The notes: generated by a model not told the origin, from the sequence alone. A stretch of 64,000 nucleotides of DNA from Octopus sinensis (GCF_006345805.1 NC_042997.1:63860001-63924000); one strand, 5' to 3'. Positions 48,091 through 62,682 are shown, counted from the stretch's first letter. Numbers and translations are program-made.

Positions 48091-48109
48091 TCCAGTTTGT
48101 CTATCTAAC

Positions 48110-48141
<32 letters not shown>

Positions 48142-48189
48142 ATATATATATAATATATATATATATATATAATATATATATATATACAT

Positions 48190-48591
48190 TCTTCTATTTT
48201 TCATTTGTTTCAGTCACTTGACTGCGGCAATGCTGGAGCGCCACCTTTAGTCGAACAAATCAACCCTAGCACATAATTTTTGTAAGCCTAATATTTATTC
48301 TATTGGTGTCTTTTGTCGAACCACTAAGTTACCGGCACTTAAACACACCAACATCGGTTGTCAAGCGATGGTGGGGGACAAACACAGACACATAAACACA
48401 CATACACACAGAGACACACACACACCTATATATACGTCGCGTTTCTTTCAGTTTCCGTCAATCAAATCCACTCACAAAACTTTGGTCAGGCCAAGGCTAT
48501 AGTGGAAGACAGTTGCTGAAGGTTCCACGCAGTGGGACTAAATCCCTCCCTATGTGATTGGTAAGCTACTTACTACACACCTCTCCTGTGC

Positions 48592-48593
<2 letters not shown>
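48190..48593 (-). mobile_element. SINE family A, full length
   Basis: Collinear with 31561-32029. Confidence 0.88.
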
Positions 48594-48646
<53 letters not shown>

Positions 48647-49089
48647 ATAATATATATATATATATACACACATATATATATATATACTAGTAATAATATT
48701 TCGTTGTTTTCGCAATTTTTCTTGTTTACGATAGTTTCTTTTAAACGGAGCGGGACGTTTAAAGTAAGGAACGCACACGTTCTAATGTAGTGAATATTGC
48801 AGAAATAGATGTTAAATGTTATTTTCAACTGAAGATCGCAGAGCATGTTTCTCAGTCAAACCGTGAAATCAATCGGTATAGAAATATACATTAATTACTG
48901 ATGTATTCAAAGCAAAGGAGAGCCTATTTCTCATATGTGCATTGCATTGCTTGTGTACACCTTTATCGTAATATTATGGTGGTTTTTTAGAGGAATGTCT
49001 CTTCTTTTAGCAAGTTGCATTATATACCAACTGAATCTTATATATATATGTATATATATATATATATAATATATATATATATATATTTT

Positions 49090-49340
49090 ATGGCTGCCCC
49101 CTCGTAATTGAGTATGGCCATTGCACGAAGCTTGACTATTATTGGTGCTGTGATCTACAATGTTTTGTACAGAATTGGCAACTAAAACCTTTACCGGTAA
49201 TAGCCGGCTGTAGTTGCTTCAAGTACCTTTGCTTGTCGTTTAAGTCCTGCCGAATTACACTTTCTTCCACATGCCCGACAGATATGATTACTATGGTGTG
49301 TTACACCACCACCATTGGCCAGGTTGTCACCAGTGGCCAG
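49090..49340 (-). mobile_element. RTE-like LINE 3' fragment with C-terminal zinc-finger remnants
   Basis: HICRACGRKCNSAGL and FSCQFCTKHCRS resemble the RTE C-terminal CxxC...SxxGLxxH motif. Confidence 0.5.
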
Positions 49341-49355
49341 GTTTATGTCTACGAA

Positions 49356-49406
<51 letters not shown>

Positions 49407-49680
49407 TCAGACTTATATACATACATACACACATATAGAGAGACACACATGTATGCATGTATGTAGCCTACATATATATAAATATCTCTACATATATAGA
49501 CACAGATGCGCGCATCCGCACACGTCCATACAGAAATATTTACATAGGGTGCTTAAAGGACAGGATGTAAATTGTAAGCCCGTAGCTAAACTAACAGGAT
49601 GTCCAAACATATGTCGACATGATATTTCATGGTGAAAAATATATTCATTCATTCATTTATTACTGGTGAAGGCCTGTTTA

Positions 49681-49740
49681 TAGGTTTACTCTGGATTTCT
49701 CGCCATAAAGAACATGTTTATGGCGTATCATCAGACCCTA
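49681..49740 (-). ncRNA. Type I hammerhead ribozyme motif with an intact CUGAUGA/GAAA core
   Basis: Minus strand: tagggt CTGATGA ta-cgccataaa-catgttc-tttatggcg-a GAAA tccaga GTA aaccta. Stem II has 9 perfect bp, stem I pairs 5/6 and stem III is weak. It is followed by AATAAA and (TGAA)n. Confidence 0.65.
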
Positions 49741-52510
49741 AGACTTGATGGTCTATGGCCTCTTTAAAGTATGGAGGGGAAAACGAACCGGATATAAACA
49801 ATGGGGGTTATCTCCTTTTCTGTTGTCATCGGCTGGTCATCGGCTTCCGGCTATGTTGACCTCCTTCAGCTACGCCACCTGTCGGCTGTGAGGGTAGAAG
49901 GTAATGGGTTATCTCTCAATCTCATCAGCATTCAATTTCCAGCCGTGGTATAAACATAATCGCTTATACCACAATCGTAGTTATTATGTGGTTCCCACAA
50001 CGCTAATAGGAATTTCCTAAAATGCAAGTGTCGCACTTGTTGCTGCTGCTGATGCTGGCGATGGTGTTGATTTTCGGTGGTGATGGCGCTTGGGCTATTG
50101 ATGGTTGTTTCATCAGTAGAGTTACTGCTTCTGCGTGGTTGTTGCCGGTGGTATATTTGTTGGTGTTATTAAGCCTGCCGATTCTAGTACTGCTGCCGGT
50201 GTTGCTACTGCTGTTACCGTCGTTACTGCTGCTGCTGTTGCTGGTGTTTGCTTCGACGATGATGATGTTGCGGCCGTTGGTTTTGGTGTTGGCGAAAGTA
50301 TGGGTGGCGTATATATATACAAAGAAATGCCATTGGCTGTAATGTCGGTTTCTTTTTGGCAATATACATAAGACCATTTGCTAAAAGAAAAGAAAATTTA
50401 AAACTTTACTTTCATAGGCCTGCTTGAGTATAAAATTGCAAAAGCGTCAAGTTCTCTGTCTACCAGGAACATCTTCCACTAGAATAATTGTATTTTGCAG
50501 TTAGTAATAGTAAGCTAAATCATGAAATTGTCCATATGTTACGTATTTTATAATAGTTTGGATTGTGAGTATACGTTGAGAAATGGTTTAGAGAGCTAAA
50601 TAAATGTAATGTTGCCGCAAACAGAAAGCGTAACCGACTCTCAGACTAGCCAACTCCAAGTTTTATTTCTCATTCTCTCGTGCGAAGCGCACTGTAGATT
50701 TAGTAACAAACAATAGAGAAATGTGCACATGCCTGCATTAGACATTGCTGTTGGGTATGATCTAACACAATGTTTACTAAAAGACAGAAAAAATGTTACA
50801 ACTATTAAAAAACGTGACCTTTAAAAAGGATTGGTTATTCTTTGAATTTTATTAACAAAGCATACGCCGAGTTGCATGAAACAAAGCGAAATGCCAATAT
50901 AAAGCCAACAATTTTTTACAATGAAATAGTTTGGTTTCAGCAATGTTTATTCATGGTCAGACTGATATTTACTGAAAACGTGAATTGGAAAATAAAAGAA
51001 AGCTTTCATTAAGAGGACGTAACAGTTACTTCTTTTTTAATATTGTTTTCTTTTTTACTTTATAGTTCCAGAAGAATTAAACTCCTATTTGAAATAGAAA
51101 ATGCGCTTTACATTTTTTATGGAAAGCTATTGAACGAAATCATACTGACAAAAATTTATTTGGAATTGAAGTACATGAAATCAATACTCAATAGTGGTAT
51201 GTTTCAAATGCGCTGCATAGGGGACATTGGTTCAGTACCAGTTCGAACAACATAGATTTTTTTTCCCGTTAATCATCACTACGAAAATATCCTTCAATGT
51301 ACAATGACACTGACGATGAACAACACTAGATACATTCTAGGAAGAAGAAGTAATCAAAGATGGTTAAAGGAGTTTTTAAGTGTAACAGGAAATTTCATTT
51401 TATATCAATCTGGTCTTATGTAAAAGTGAGTTGATACACTGAATTGAATATTTGGAAGTATCGGAGAAGAAATGTAACAGATAAAATCAATTATAAGTAT
51501 GGATATGTTTCTGATCGAAACTCAACGTTAAATAAGATTGTTGAAGCCTATTCAACAAAACTTTGTAGGATGTTCCAGACACTTTATGAATATAAGTGAC
51601 ATGTGTGTTTCGCAGATAGCTTATCTATAAAAACATATCTAGCTAGATATTGCAGATCAATTAGTCTGTCTCACCATGGCTATCAAACTGTCTCTCATCA
51701 AGTACTGTGAAAATAACTTACTTCCACTCAGGTGTGGTTATTATGAAGTTATATTCCTATTATTTGCAATATGAAAACAATGAAATCTATAAATTCTTAA
51801 GGAAGATGGTAATATGTAAAAATATTGCTTTATTTCGCAAGGGTGGTTAGGTGTTAAGTGCGTTTTTGATGTACATTCTAATTCCATATGTCTGGTGTGC
51901 GTACTTATAATACTTACTTGCTTATAGCTATCCGTCAGTGTTGACGACGACGTTATCCTCTAGGAGTTTTATCCTCCTTTTTGTGGGTTGATAGAAGTGA
52001 AAACAGTCCGATCTTAAAATGGCATGTCCTTGAACACACATGACAAGAAACGTGTCCATTATATTGTTGATGAGTTTGAGATGACATTGACATGTCTTTA
52101 CCTCAGGGTTTTCACTTCAGATTAGTTCAAAGTGTGCAGCTCCTTCGTCGCAGAGGGAGGACCAGGTTTGCTGGTTCTGAGCAAGGTTTTCAAGTTGTGT
52201 TGGTTGAATGTTTTAAGCAGGAATCTCGAGTGTTGAAGCATTTATAATAAAATAACAACTCAATTACATGTAGGAAACGTAACTTCAATTATAATAGGGA
52301 TATTGGAGTTTCCTAAAGTAATACAATTCCAATTTAATACTATTTCTTAATCAATACTATTATTATTTTCTTCCACGTACCATGAAAATCCATTGACGTC
52401 ACTTCTTTGTTTATATTACCACACTGTACTCATCTAAAATTGTGTTCTGAACCATACGTATATTGAGTTCTACGCCAGTTTATTACTCACGTTATACCTA
52501 AGCGAAATAT

Positions 52511-52665
52511 AGGCGCAGGAGTGGCTGTGTGGTAAGAAGCTTGCTTCCCAACTACATGGTTCTGGGTTCAGTTCCCACTGCGTGGGGCCTTGGCCAAATG
52601 TCTTCTACTATAACCTCGGGCCGAATAAAGCCTCATGGTAGACGGAAACTGAAAGACGCTCGTCG

Positions 52666-52696
<31 letters not shown>

Positions 52697-52899
52697 TATG
52701 TATTTGTGTGTCACCATCGCCGCTTGATAACCGATGTTGGTGAGTTTACGTCCCCGTTACTTAGCGGTTCGGCAAAAGAGACCCGATAGAATAAGTACTA
52801 AACTTACAAAGAATAAGTCATAGGGTCGAGTTGTTCGACTAAAGATGGTGCTCCAGAATGGCCGCATTCAAATTGAAACAAGTAAAAGAATAAAAGAAT
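52511..52899 (+). mobile_element. SINE family A, near full length
   Basis: aggcgcaggagtggctgtgtggtaag (A box), ggttcagttccc (B box) and an (aaaagaat) tail. Confidence 0.92.
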
Positions 52900-53164
52900 A
52901 TAAACAAAACATACATAGAGTGCAGTGTGATATACAGGAGCACATATGAATCTGAGAATCCTTTTTGCTGAACTGTTTTCTGTCATGGTTGGAAGTAGTT
53001 TTTCAAGACACTACACCTCAAAAATTGCATGTTATGAAGCAGGCAGATGAGATGGCTTGTCACTCTCAAAATAAAAACGAAGACCTACTTTTTGGATTGT
53101 TTCCTTTAGACAATCGATATACTTGCGTGCCAATTCAGCTTGATTATTGATTGTTGAAGACGCT

Positions 53165-53220
<56 letters not shown>

Positions 53221-53228
53221 CACATCTA

Positions 53229-53297
<69 letters not shown>

Positions 53298-53353
53298 CAT
53301 TTCGTTAGCATCTACAGGCTACTATTCGTTGCCTGGTATACTTTTTCTCCTTA

Positions 53354-53521
53354 AGGCGCAGGAGTGGCTGTGTGGTAACGTGTTTGCTTCCCAACCACAT
53401 GGTGTTGAGTTCAGTCCCATTGCGTGGTACGTGGTACTTTTGACAAGTGTCTTCTATAGCTTCGGGTCGACCAAAGCCTTGTGAGAGGATTTGGTTAACG
53501 GAAACAGAAAGAAGCCCGTTG

Positions 53522-53572
<51 letters not shown>

Positions 53573-53820
53573 AGATATATGTATGTGTGTATCTGATTGT
53601 CTGTCTCTCTGTTCCCCACCAGCGCTTGTCAGGTATTGGTGTGTTTACATTCCCGTAGATTAGCGGTTCGGCAAAATAAACAGATAGAATATGTACCAGG
53701 CTTGAAAGAATTAAAAGTACTGGGTTCGATTTATTCAACTAAAATTCTTCAAGGTGGGGACCCCAGCATGGCCGCAGTCTAATGACTGAAACAAATAACA
53801 GAATAAAAGAATAAAGGAAT
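53354..53820 (+). mobile_element. SINE family A, full length
   Basis: Same head and body as the previous copy, with an internal (TA)n. Confidence 0.9.
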
Positions 53821-54593
53821 AAATTGTTCTATAAAACCAATTCATAGCTCAAGAAATGTACATCCATAATTTAATTACGTAGAATGGAATCTTTTATTCG
53901 TCTGTTGTTACCTTGTGTTACGATGGGTATTTAAACGTCAACATTCCTTTCAACGTAAGACATTTGCTTGGAAAATTTAAGTCGTAATCGATATAATATG
54001 AAATGAGTAAACCACAATATGGCTTATAAGATTATTTCGTAAATAAATATATTGCATCATCTTTTTCAGAATAGCATACCTTCTATTGCTTTTGACCCTG
54101 TCTCTGTGTCTTGAATCTCACTCACCTTCTGCATCAGATACAGGCATATATGCAAATGTATAGGTTCCCACTCACAGTCACACAAAGAGTCTCAAACAGA
54201 GACACGCACACATTTTCTCTCCTCTCTTGCATAGATATACGAAAATGTCTTGTTCATTCTGCTTAACTGTGTTAATCAATTTCACTGAGAGATTTTTCTA
54301 TGCAGTTGATTTTTAGAGTAGCGTGAAAGACTTGATACACACACAATAATATCTTTCCCAAATATTTCTATTGTACTTTATCATCTAATGCCAAAGCAAA
54401 ACCAGAGTATAAAAAAAAAAGGTTTTGTAGGTTCAGATATACCCAACAGAAAAAACTACAAGAAATAAAGCAAAAGAATTACCAAATAAAAGGAACAAAG
54501 TTTTTAAAAAGTTGATGAAGTCGCAAACGGCAAATATGTCAAAAAATGATTCATCAGAAAACCTCAGAATAACACATAACAACAACAACACCA

Positions 54594-54648
<55 letters not shown>

Positions 54649-55814
54649 TTACTACTACTACTACTATTACTACTGCAGCAGCCGCAGCAGCAGCAATAGC
54701 AAAATACACAACAATATTCATGTGCATACTACAAGAAACATAACGAAAATCTATAACGTTCTTCAAACAAAAAATCTCAGAATATATGTTTCGCTGGCGG
54801 CTCGGATTCTTTTCAATGGAGACATGGAAACATCTTCAGATATTTTAAGTGAAATCCTTTGGGGTGAGAAAATGCATGTAACTCAGTATATGTCTTCCTC
54901 TGTACAGAAAGGACAAATGGGCAAACGACACACCTGCACAAAAGATGGTCTTGCAATATTTGGGAAGACGGAATACAGAACCCACTGTTAGAAACAACGG
55001 TAACAATGTAAACCGAGGCATTGTTACAACCGGTTACTAACTCTGTAGTTTATATTTTAGATAAAACAATCATAGAAATGTTGCATCGGTTTTAAGCAGT
55101 TTACAGAATATTTGCAAATTAGCGTCAGAGTCGATTTACTAAAGGTACGATTTGGGAAGGCTGTCAGAATAGGTGTAAGTTATGGTGATAATGTAGTATA
55201 GGGACTGATATGGGTAAACTCACGTGACCCACAAAAGGCCACAAAGCAATAACAAAACTGTGTTTAAAAGAAGAAACTGGATGGTAGGCCTAAAATCTCA
55301 GCTTCCATAGTAGACAGAGCAGCTACAACAAATGCAGGACTAAAAGCCATTTAAGAGTTTTATGCACAGAAAAACTAAAATAACAAACAGAAAAAGAAAA
55401 ACACATTTTGGTGGCTGTCAATTTCAAGATTACGCGAAACACAAAACGTGTGTTTGTATGATCACAGAACACCCTTCTTTATGTCGTTTTAATGTTTTAT
55501 CTATTTACTAGGAACGAATCATGAGACAAGAATCAACTCACCTAGTTTCAACCAGAGAAAAGAAGGAGAGACATACATCTTAGCCACAAACAACAGTTAT
55601 AATGATAAAGCTAAGAAATACTCTTTCATAGTATAACTAGCCCAACGAAACTTTAGATTAGGGTAATAACTGATGAGAAGCCATATTACACGGTTTTACA
55701 ATATATTGGTAATTCACTAATTATATGAGCGGATTTCATATATAAAGTAAAAAAAAAAACCAAAACTTTTAAAAACCATAACAATCACGGGGAAAGACAG
55801 AACTCTGAGAAAAT

Positions 55815-55966
55815 TAGAAGCCATGAGAAGCACTGCCTGGTACTGCATCAGGGCATAATGCTCGTGATCATAGATGCACATATCATCAGCCACCAAGGGA
55901 CATGCTTAACTCTGTGCTCGCGATCAGAGATGCACATATCATCAGCCACCAAGGGGCGTGCTCAAC
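55815..55966 (-). mobile_element. Rearranged fragments of element E
   Basis: ccatgagaagcactgcctggtactgcatcagggc followed by two copies of atca(g/t)agatgcacatatcatcagccaccaaggg. Both modules also occur at 58260-58470. Confidence 0.75.
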
Positions 55967-56041
55967 TATTATTATTATTTTTATTATTATTAATATTATA
56001 ATTATTATTATTATTATTATTATTATTATAATAATAATTAT

Positions 56042-56145
<104 letters not shown>

Positions 56146-56157
56146 TATTATTATTAT

Positions 56158-56975
56158 TTTCATTACCATCTTTTTTCAATTCTGTTTCCGTTCCCTGCCG
56201 AGTGTCTTCCTGACACCTAGAGCAGAGAAACATACTGTATACATTGGTAGGCCATTAAAACAAGCACACCGAATTGTTCATTTACAGAGTCATTTGATAG
56301 TGAAAAAGGGGAAGACAGAGAGAAAAAGGAAAAAATATAAAAAATTGAAAAGTAAACAAATAAAATAAAGGGGGAAAAGGAAAGAAAATTTACTGCGACA
56401 ATACTCTTTTTAAAACGTGTGAAGTACCAATTAAGACAATTTTTTGCACTTCCTGCATGGATGGCAAGCCAGGGATCATTCTTAAATAATTTTCAGTTCC
56501 TTTTTTGATCATTCCAAGTGTTCCTACAATCATTGGTATTGTAACCGTCTTGAGATGCCACATTGTTTTTCGATTGCGATTAGCAGATCTTTATATTATT
56601 TGAGCTTATCAAATTCTTTTGCCGAGATATTATATCTCTGGCTCTGCTAGTATTTCATTAAATTTTTCAGTCATCTTTTTATGCGTTCCTGTTAGGTATT
56701 TTAACCAGAAATGGAGGATATTGGTCGTGTCCGAGTGACTTCCAGTTGCTTAATTGTTGCACAGCCTGGGTAACCACTGCAGCTACTTTCAGAATCCAGA
56801 GTTGCTTAGGTGTTGAGTCCCTTTATTCCATAGATCTTTGCTGAGGTTGTTCCTTCACCGACCATATTCCTTCCTAAAATTCTTCAACTTCTTCTGCTGT
56901 TGGTGCTGCATTCATCTCTATTTTAGTTTTGCCAAGTTCTTGCTATAATCTTTTGGGATTGTAGTTGAACTGTTT
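56158..56975 (-). mobile_element. Internally deleted R4/Dong-clade element
   Basis: The pre-RT segment (NKQFNYNPKRL...EEVEEF...NWKS...KFNEILAEPE) is joined at about 56634 to the C-terminal NISAKEFDKL...VTIPMIVGTLG segment. The 3' UTR matches 59578-59750. Confidence 0.75.
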
Positions 56976-57124
56976 GTTTATTATTATTATTATTATTATC
57001 ATTATTATTATTATTATTATTACTATTATTATTGCTGTTGTTGTTGTTGTTGTTGTTGTTGTTGTCGTCGTCGTCGTCGTCGTCGTTGTTGTTGTTGTTG
57101 TTGTTGTAGACGTCGTGCAGTATA

Positions 57125-57885
57125 CAATACCGTGAGTTTGTTGAGTGAAGATATTGTATCTACCTTGGGTTTGTACTGTTTGTCAAGTCACAACAAAGAC
57201 CTCAGACAGACAGCACTTTACGCAATATGCGTGCAGTTCCAAGTAATGCCGACTTTTGCAATACACCGAGATTGTAGGGTTTTTATAAAGTTTTCAGATG
57301 ATTTTTTCCAGATTAGGTGGTATTGAACCCAATGCTCCGATGACAATAGGGATAACCTTTATGTCTGACTCTCGTAGGTGACACATGTTAGCGATCTCAA
57401 TTCTCAGGTCTCTATACTTCTCAACCTTTTCTCTTACTTTCATAATGATATGTTGATCTCCTGACACTGCAACGTCAATTATTAGTCACTCTTGTTTGTT
57501 CCCACAAAGTGCTACTATATCCAGCTTCAGTGTTCTAATAACTGGCCAGTCTGGAAGTCAAAGTCCCAAAGGATTTTTGCCTTCCCCTTTTTGTCCATTA
57601 CTTTTCCCCGGTGTATGTTGTTACCAAGCACTAGTAGCCTCATATCCATACTTACGTCATAGTAGCCAGTGGAAGTTTTGGGCTACCTTGTTGTGTCTAC
57701 GCTTGAACTCTTCCTGAGCAAGACTTTCACAAGAACTAACAATGTTAGTCAAGTTTTCGACCCTCTTCTCACACATTCTGAAGAGGTGTGTTGCACTTGT
57801 GTGGTATATATACTTTTTCACTGAGTTGGTATGCAATGCCTGTTCCTTGGCAGCGATGATAAGTGTTTCAGTATATCTTATAGGT
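57125..57885 (-). mobile_element. Decayed 5'-truncated R4/Dong-clade element (zinc knuckle plus RLE)
   Basis: ETLIIAAKEQAL...IVSSCESLAQEEFKRRHNKVA...IIDVAVSGD...EKYRDL..EI...VIPIVIGALG, with stops. Confidence 0.75.
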
Positions 57886-58039
57886 CACCGTAGTTAAGGC
57901 AACAACATGTTGCTTCCTGGTTTTTTAATTTGTTGGTGTCACGGTGGACTGACCATGTAATGTACTGGATATAATTGGCTTTCTCTCCCCTTACAGTTGC
58001 TGGCATTGTGTTAAAATAAGGAAGAATTATTATTATCAG

Positions 58040-58510
58040 CAACATGCTGATCTCATATTAAGATAAACAGCGCATGACCTTGCAGGTGGAGTCCAGTTAG
58101 ATTTTTCTTCCGGTCGAGTAGCCCATCCCACTCAAATGGTCCTTGAATAATGGTTGTTTAAGGATGTTGAATGAAACACCCATGTTTCCAAAGGTGAATT
58201 GTTCAAACTCCAAATAATTCCTCTCAACACATGGCTATTATACTCCTCACTAGTTTTTCTCGTCATCAGAGATGCACATATCATCAGCCAAAAAAGGACA
58301 TGCTCAACTGCTTATGGTCAAACAACTGTCAAGCAAACCTGTGGTATTTTGCAGAATATTTTCTGTAGCCCATCTATTATACCAAGACAAAACAATATAC
58401 ATATTAACACTTCCAATCAATTACGGTCAAAATCCATGAGAGTCACTGCCTGGTACTGCATTGGGGCATTTTGTACTGCATCAGAACATTCGGTACTGCA
58501 TCGGGGCAGT
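58040..58510 (-). mobile_element. Non-coding element E, longest copy in the window
   Basis: Overlaps in sequence with 9860-10195, 55815-55966 and 59320-59485. Flanked by ATT repeats. Its 5' end has three tandem units of about 21 bp (gtactgcat). Confidence 0.75.
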
Positions 58511-58532
58511 TTATCATTGTTGTCGTTGTTAC

Positions 58533-59021
<489 letters not shown>

Positions 59022-59034
59022 GGGGAAGTTATTG

Positions 59035-59260
59035 CCTCGATCGATCTGAGTGGCATAAAATGTGTCATGATGCATCTAAGCAATTTGAGTTGAAGGAACA
59101 GAACAATAAAACAATCATATCCTGCAATCAACAGACACATTTGTCCAACTCCAGGCAAAATCAAAATTATTATCATCTCCATCGTAATTTCATAGCAACA
59201 TCCATCCCTGAACTCAAATTACATTTTCACGCATTCATCGCAAATAGATGCAACTTCTTT
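59035..59260 (+). mobile_element. Possible RTE-like LINE 3' fragment
   Basis: LDRSEWHKMCHDASKQFE, HICPT.GK and SIPELKLHFH resemble the RTE C-terminus. Confidence 0.4.
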
Positions 59261-59319
59261 TAGTTTTATTCCATTTTTTCCCCTAATCTTGTCCTTCATA
59301 AACTCATATGCTGAAATCG

Positions 59320-59484
59320 ACGGGAGTGACGATTGCAGGTGGGGCCCAGTTAGAATTCTCTTCAGGTCGAATAGAACACCCTGCTCAAAAGGTCTCTGAT
59401 TAAGGCTTGTTTAAGGATGATGAACAAAACATGTTTCTAGAGGTGAATTTTTCAAACCCCAAAGTATTCCTCACAACACATAGC

Positions 59485-59485
<1 letters not shown>
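59320..59485 (-). mobile_element. Element E internal fragment
   Basis: tgcaggtggggcccagttagaattctc...gtttaaggatg...caacacatagct matches 58080-58238. Confidence 0.75.
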
Positions 59486-59550
<65 letters not shown>

Positions 59551-59577
59551 CATTATTATTATTATTATTATTATTAC

Positions 59578-60610
<1,033 letters not shown>

Positions 60611-60619
60611 TATTATTAT

Positions 60620-62369
60620 TCTATGTTTGACTTTTGCTTTATATTTGTACAAGTTGGCTCCAAGTCTCACCCAGAGACCTCAAGAGACAACAGGGTTGGA
60701 AGTTCATGTTGTTGTTATGCCTAGTGTGCCATATATTTGGGGGGTGGGGATGTTGTACTAATGAATGTCTAAAAAAAAAAAAAAAAAAATTTTTTTTTTC
60801 TTTTTTTAAACCGAAAATTATGGTTGTTTTAAACCTTGAGGTTACATAGAGAGTATTTTGCGTAGGATATGAGCAGTTCCCATGAGCACTATCTTTTGAA
60901 CTTCTGCCATTTTGGGGTTTCCTGGTATCTGAGTTAGGTAGCTATCAGCCCCTTTTGCTATCATTCCCAGGGCACCTATGACAACAGGTATTGTTTTAGT
61001 CTTCAGCTTCCACATTTTGCTGATTTCTATTTCAAGATCTTTATATTTGCTCAGTTTTTGGTAGGTCCTGACAGATACGTTTATATCGATTGGGACAGTC
61101 ATATCAATGAGGAGGCATGTTCTTTGTTTGAAGTCTTTCAATATGATGTCTGGCCTATTTGCATCTATCTTCCTGTCAGTTTGAATGGTGAAGTTCCAGA
61201 GGAGTGAGATGTGGTCATTTTCAAGCACTGGGGTGGTTTGTGTTCCCACCAGTTTTTCTCATGGGGCAACTCCAGGTTTTTACAGATTACCCAGTGAATA
61301 TATTGTGCAGCTCTATCGTGCCTGTTGAGATACTCTGTAGGCGCTAGAAGACTGCACTTGGAGACCACATGGTCAATGGTTTCATTTTGTTGCTTGCATA
61401 CACGACACGTTAGACTGCTTCTGATCTTTAATATGTTGGCCTGGTAGTTTCTTGTTGGTAGGCATTGATCTTGAGCTGCTATGATAAACCCCTCTGTTTC
61501 AGATTTTAAGCCAGAGGCCATTAGCCATTGATGGGTCAGGGCTTTGTCGATATCTACATTATTCGCTCTCTTTGGGTATTTGCCGTAGAGAGGTTTTTCT
61601 TGCCATTTATTATTCAGAATATCTAAGGCCGCAGTTTTGGCACGGGTTTTCATGCGCCTAGCTTTTTCTGTGCTTGTTTCTTGTATGTCTATCTCTAATT
61701 CCGAAATTGGTTGTATTCGGAATTCACTTAGATATTCCTTTGCCTGTTTTGTTACTGAGTATGATGCTTTCTTGTTTTCATGTTTTGAGACAAGTTTTAA
61801 CATCCAGTCCTCAGAGTTTTTCAGGTAGGTGTCTAGGCCAATTGTAGCAATCTTCATTGTTATTGCCAGTTGCAAAAGACCACGGCCTCCCTCTTTTCTT
61901 GGCAGATAGAGTCGTTCTGTATCTGCCTTAGGGTGGTGCATTCTATGCATTGTCAACAGTTTCCTTATTTTTCTGTCGAGCTGACATATTTCAGTAATTG
62001 ACCAGTTAACAATATTGAAACTGTAAGTCACGACTGGTATAGCTAATGCATTGATTGCTTCGATCCTGTTTCTTGCATTCAGCTCTGTCTTGAGTATTGC
62101 TCTCACTCTTCGATAGCATTCTCTCCTGATCCTTTCCTTCATCTCTGAATGCCTAATTCCGTTCCCTTCAATTACCCCTAGGTACTTGTAGCTCTCCGCT
62201 GGGTCTAGTTCTTTTATGACATTCTGTTGGTCAAGGTTAACGTTAGATGTTTCTGTCATTTTTCCTTTGATAAAGGTAGCCTTTGCACATTTATCGAGGC
62301 CGAATTGCATTCTGATGTCGTCACTGAATTGTTTGACTATCGCTAGTAAGCCCTTGAGTTGTTGATCAC
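60620..62369 (-). mobile_element. 5'-truncated R4/Dong-clade element (end of RT, zinc knuckle, RLE) with a single frameshift
   Basis: SDQQLKGLL...FSDDIRMQFGLDKCA, YKYLG, HPKADTERLYLPRKEGGRGL, CRVC...HVVSKC, RHD and RPDII...LIDM. ORFs 61165-62310 and 60842-61249 join by adding one base at the G-run 61230-61233. Confidence 0.93.
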
Positions 62370-62424
<55 letters not shown>

Positions 62425-62446
62425 TTTATTTTTATTTTTATTATTA

Positions 62447-62514
<68 letters not shown>

Positions 62515-62518
62515 TTAA

Positions 62519-62559
<41 letters not shown>

Positions 62560-62582
62560 TTAATTTTTATTATTATATTATT

Positions 62583-62633
<51 letters not shown>

Positions 62634-62635
62634 TA

Positions 62636-62682
<47 letters not shown>

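Noticed and set aside
50003-50377. Overlapping ORFs on both strands, one resembling a signal peptide (MQVSHLLLLLMLAMVLIF)
   Set aside because: A degenerate CTG/GTT/GAT repeat is open in several frames, so the hydrophobicity is a repeat artefact.
54512-54991. 159-aa ORF with a poly-Tyr tract
   Set aside because: It spans a (TAC)n array, and the flanks show no recognisable domain or splice structure.
58230-58292. Two CTGATGA motifs and a GAAA on the minus strand of element E
   Set aside because: The only stem I pairing would consume the core C3, and stem III does not form, so it is not a canonical hammerhead.
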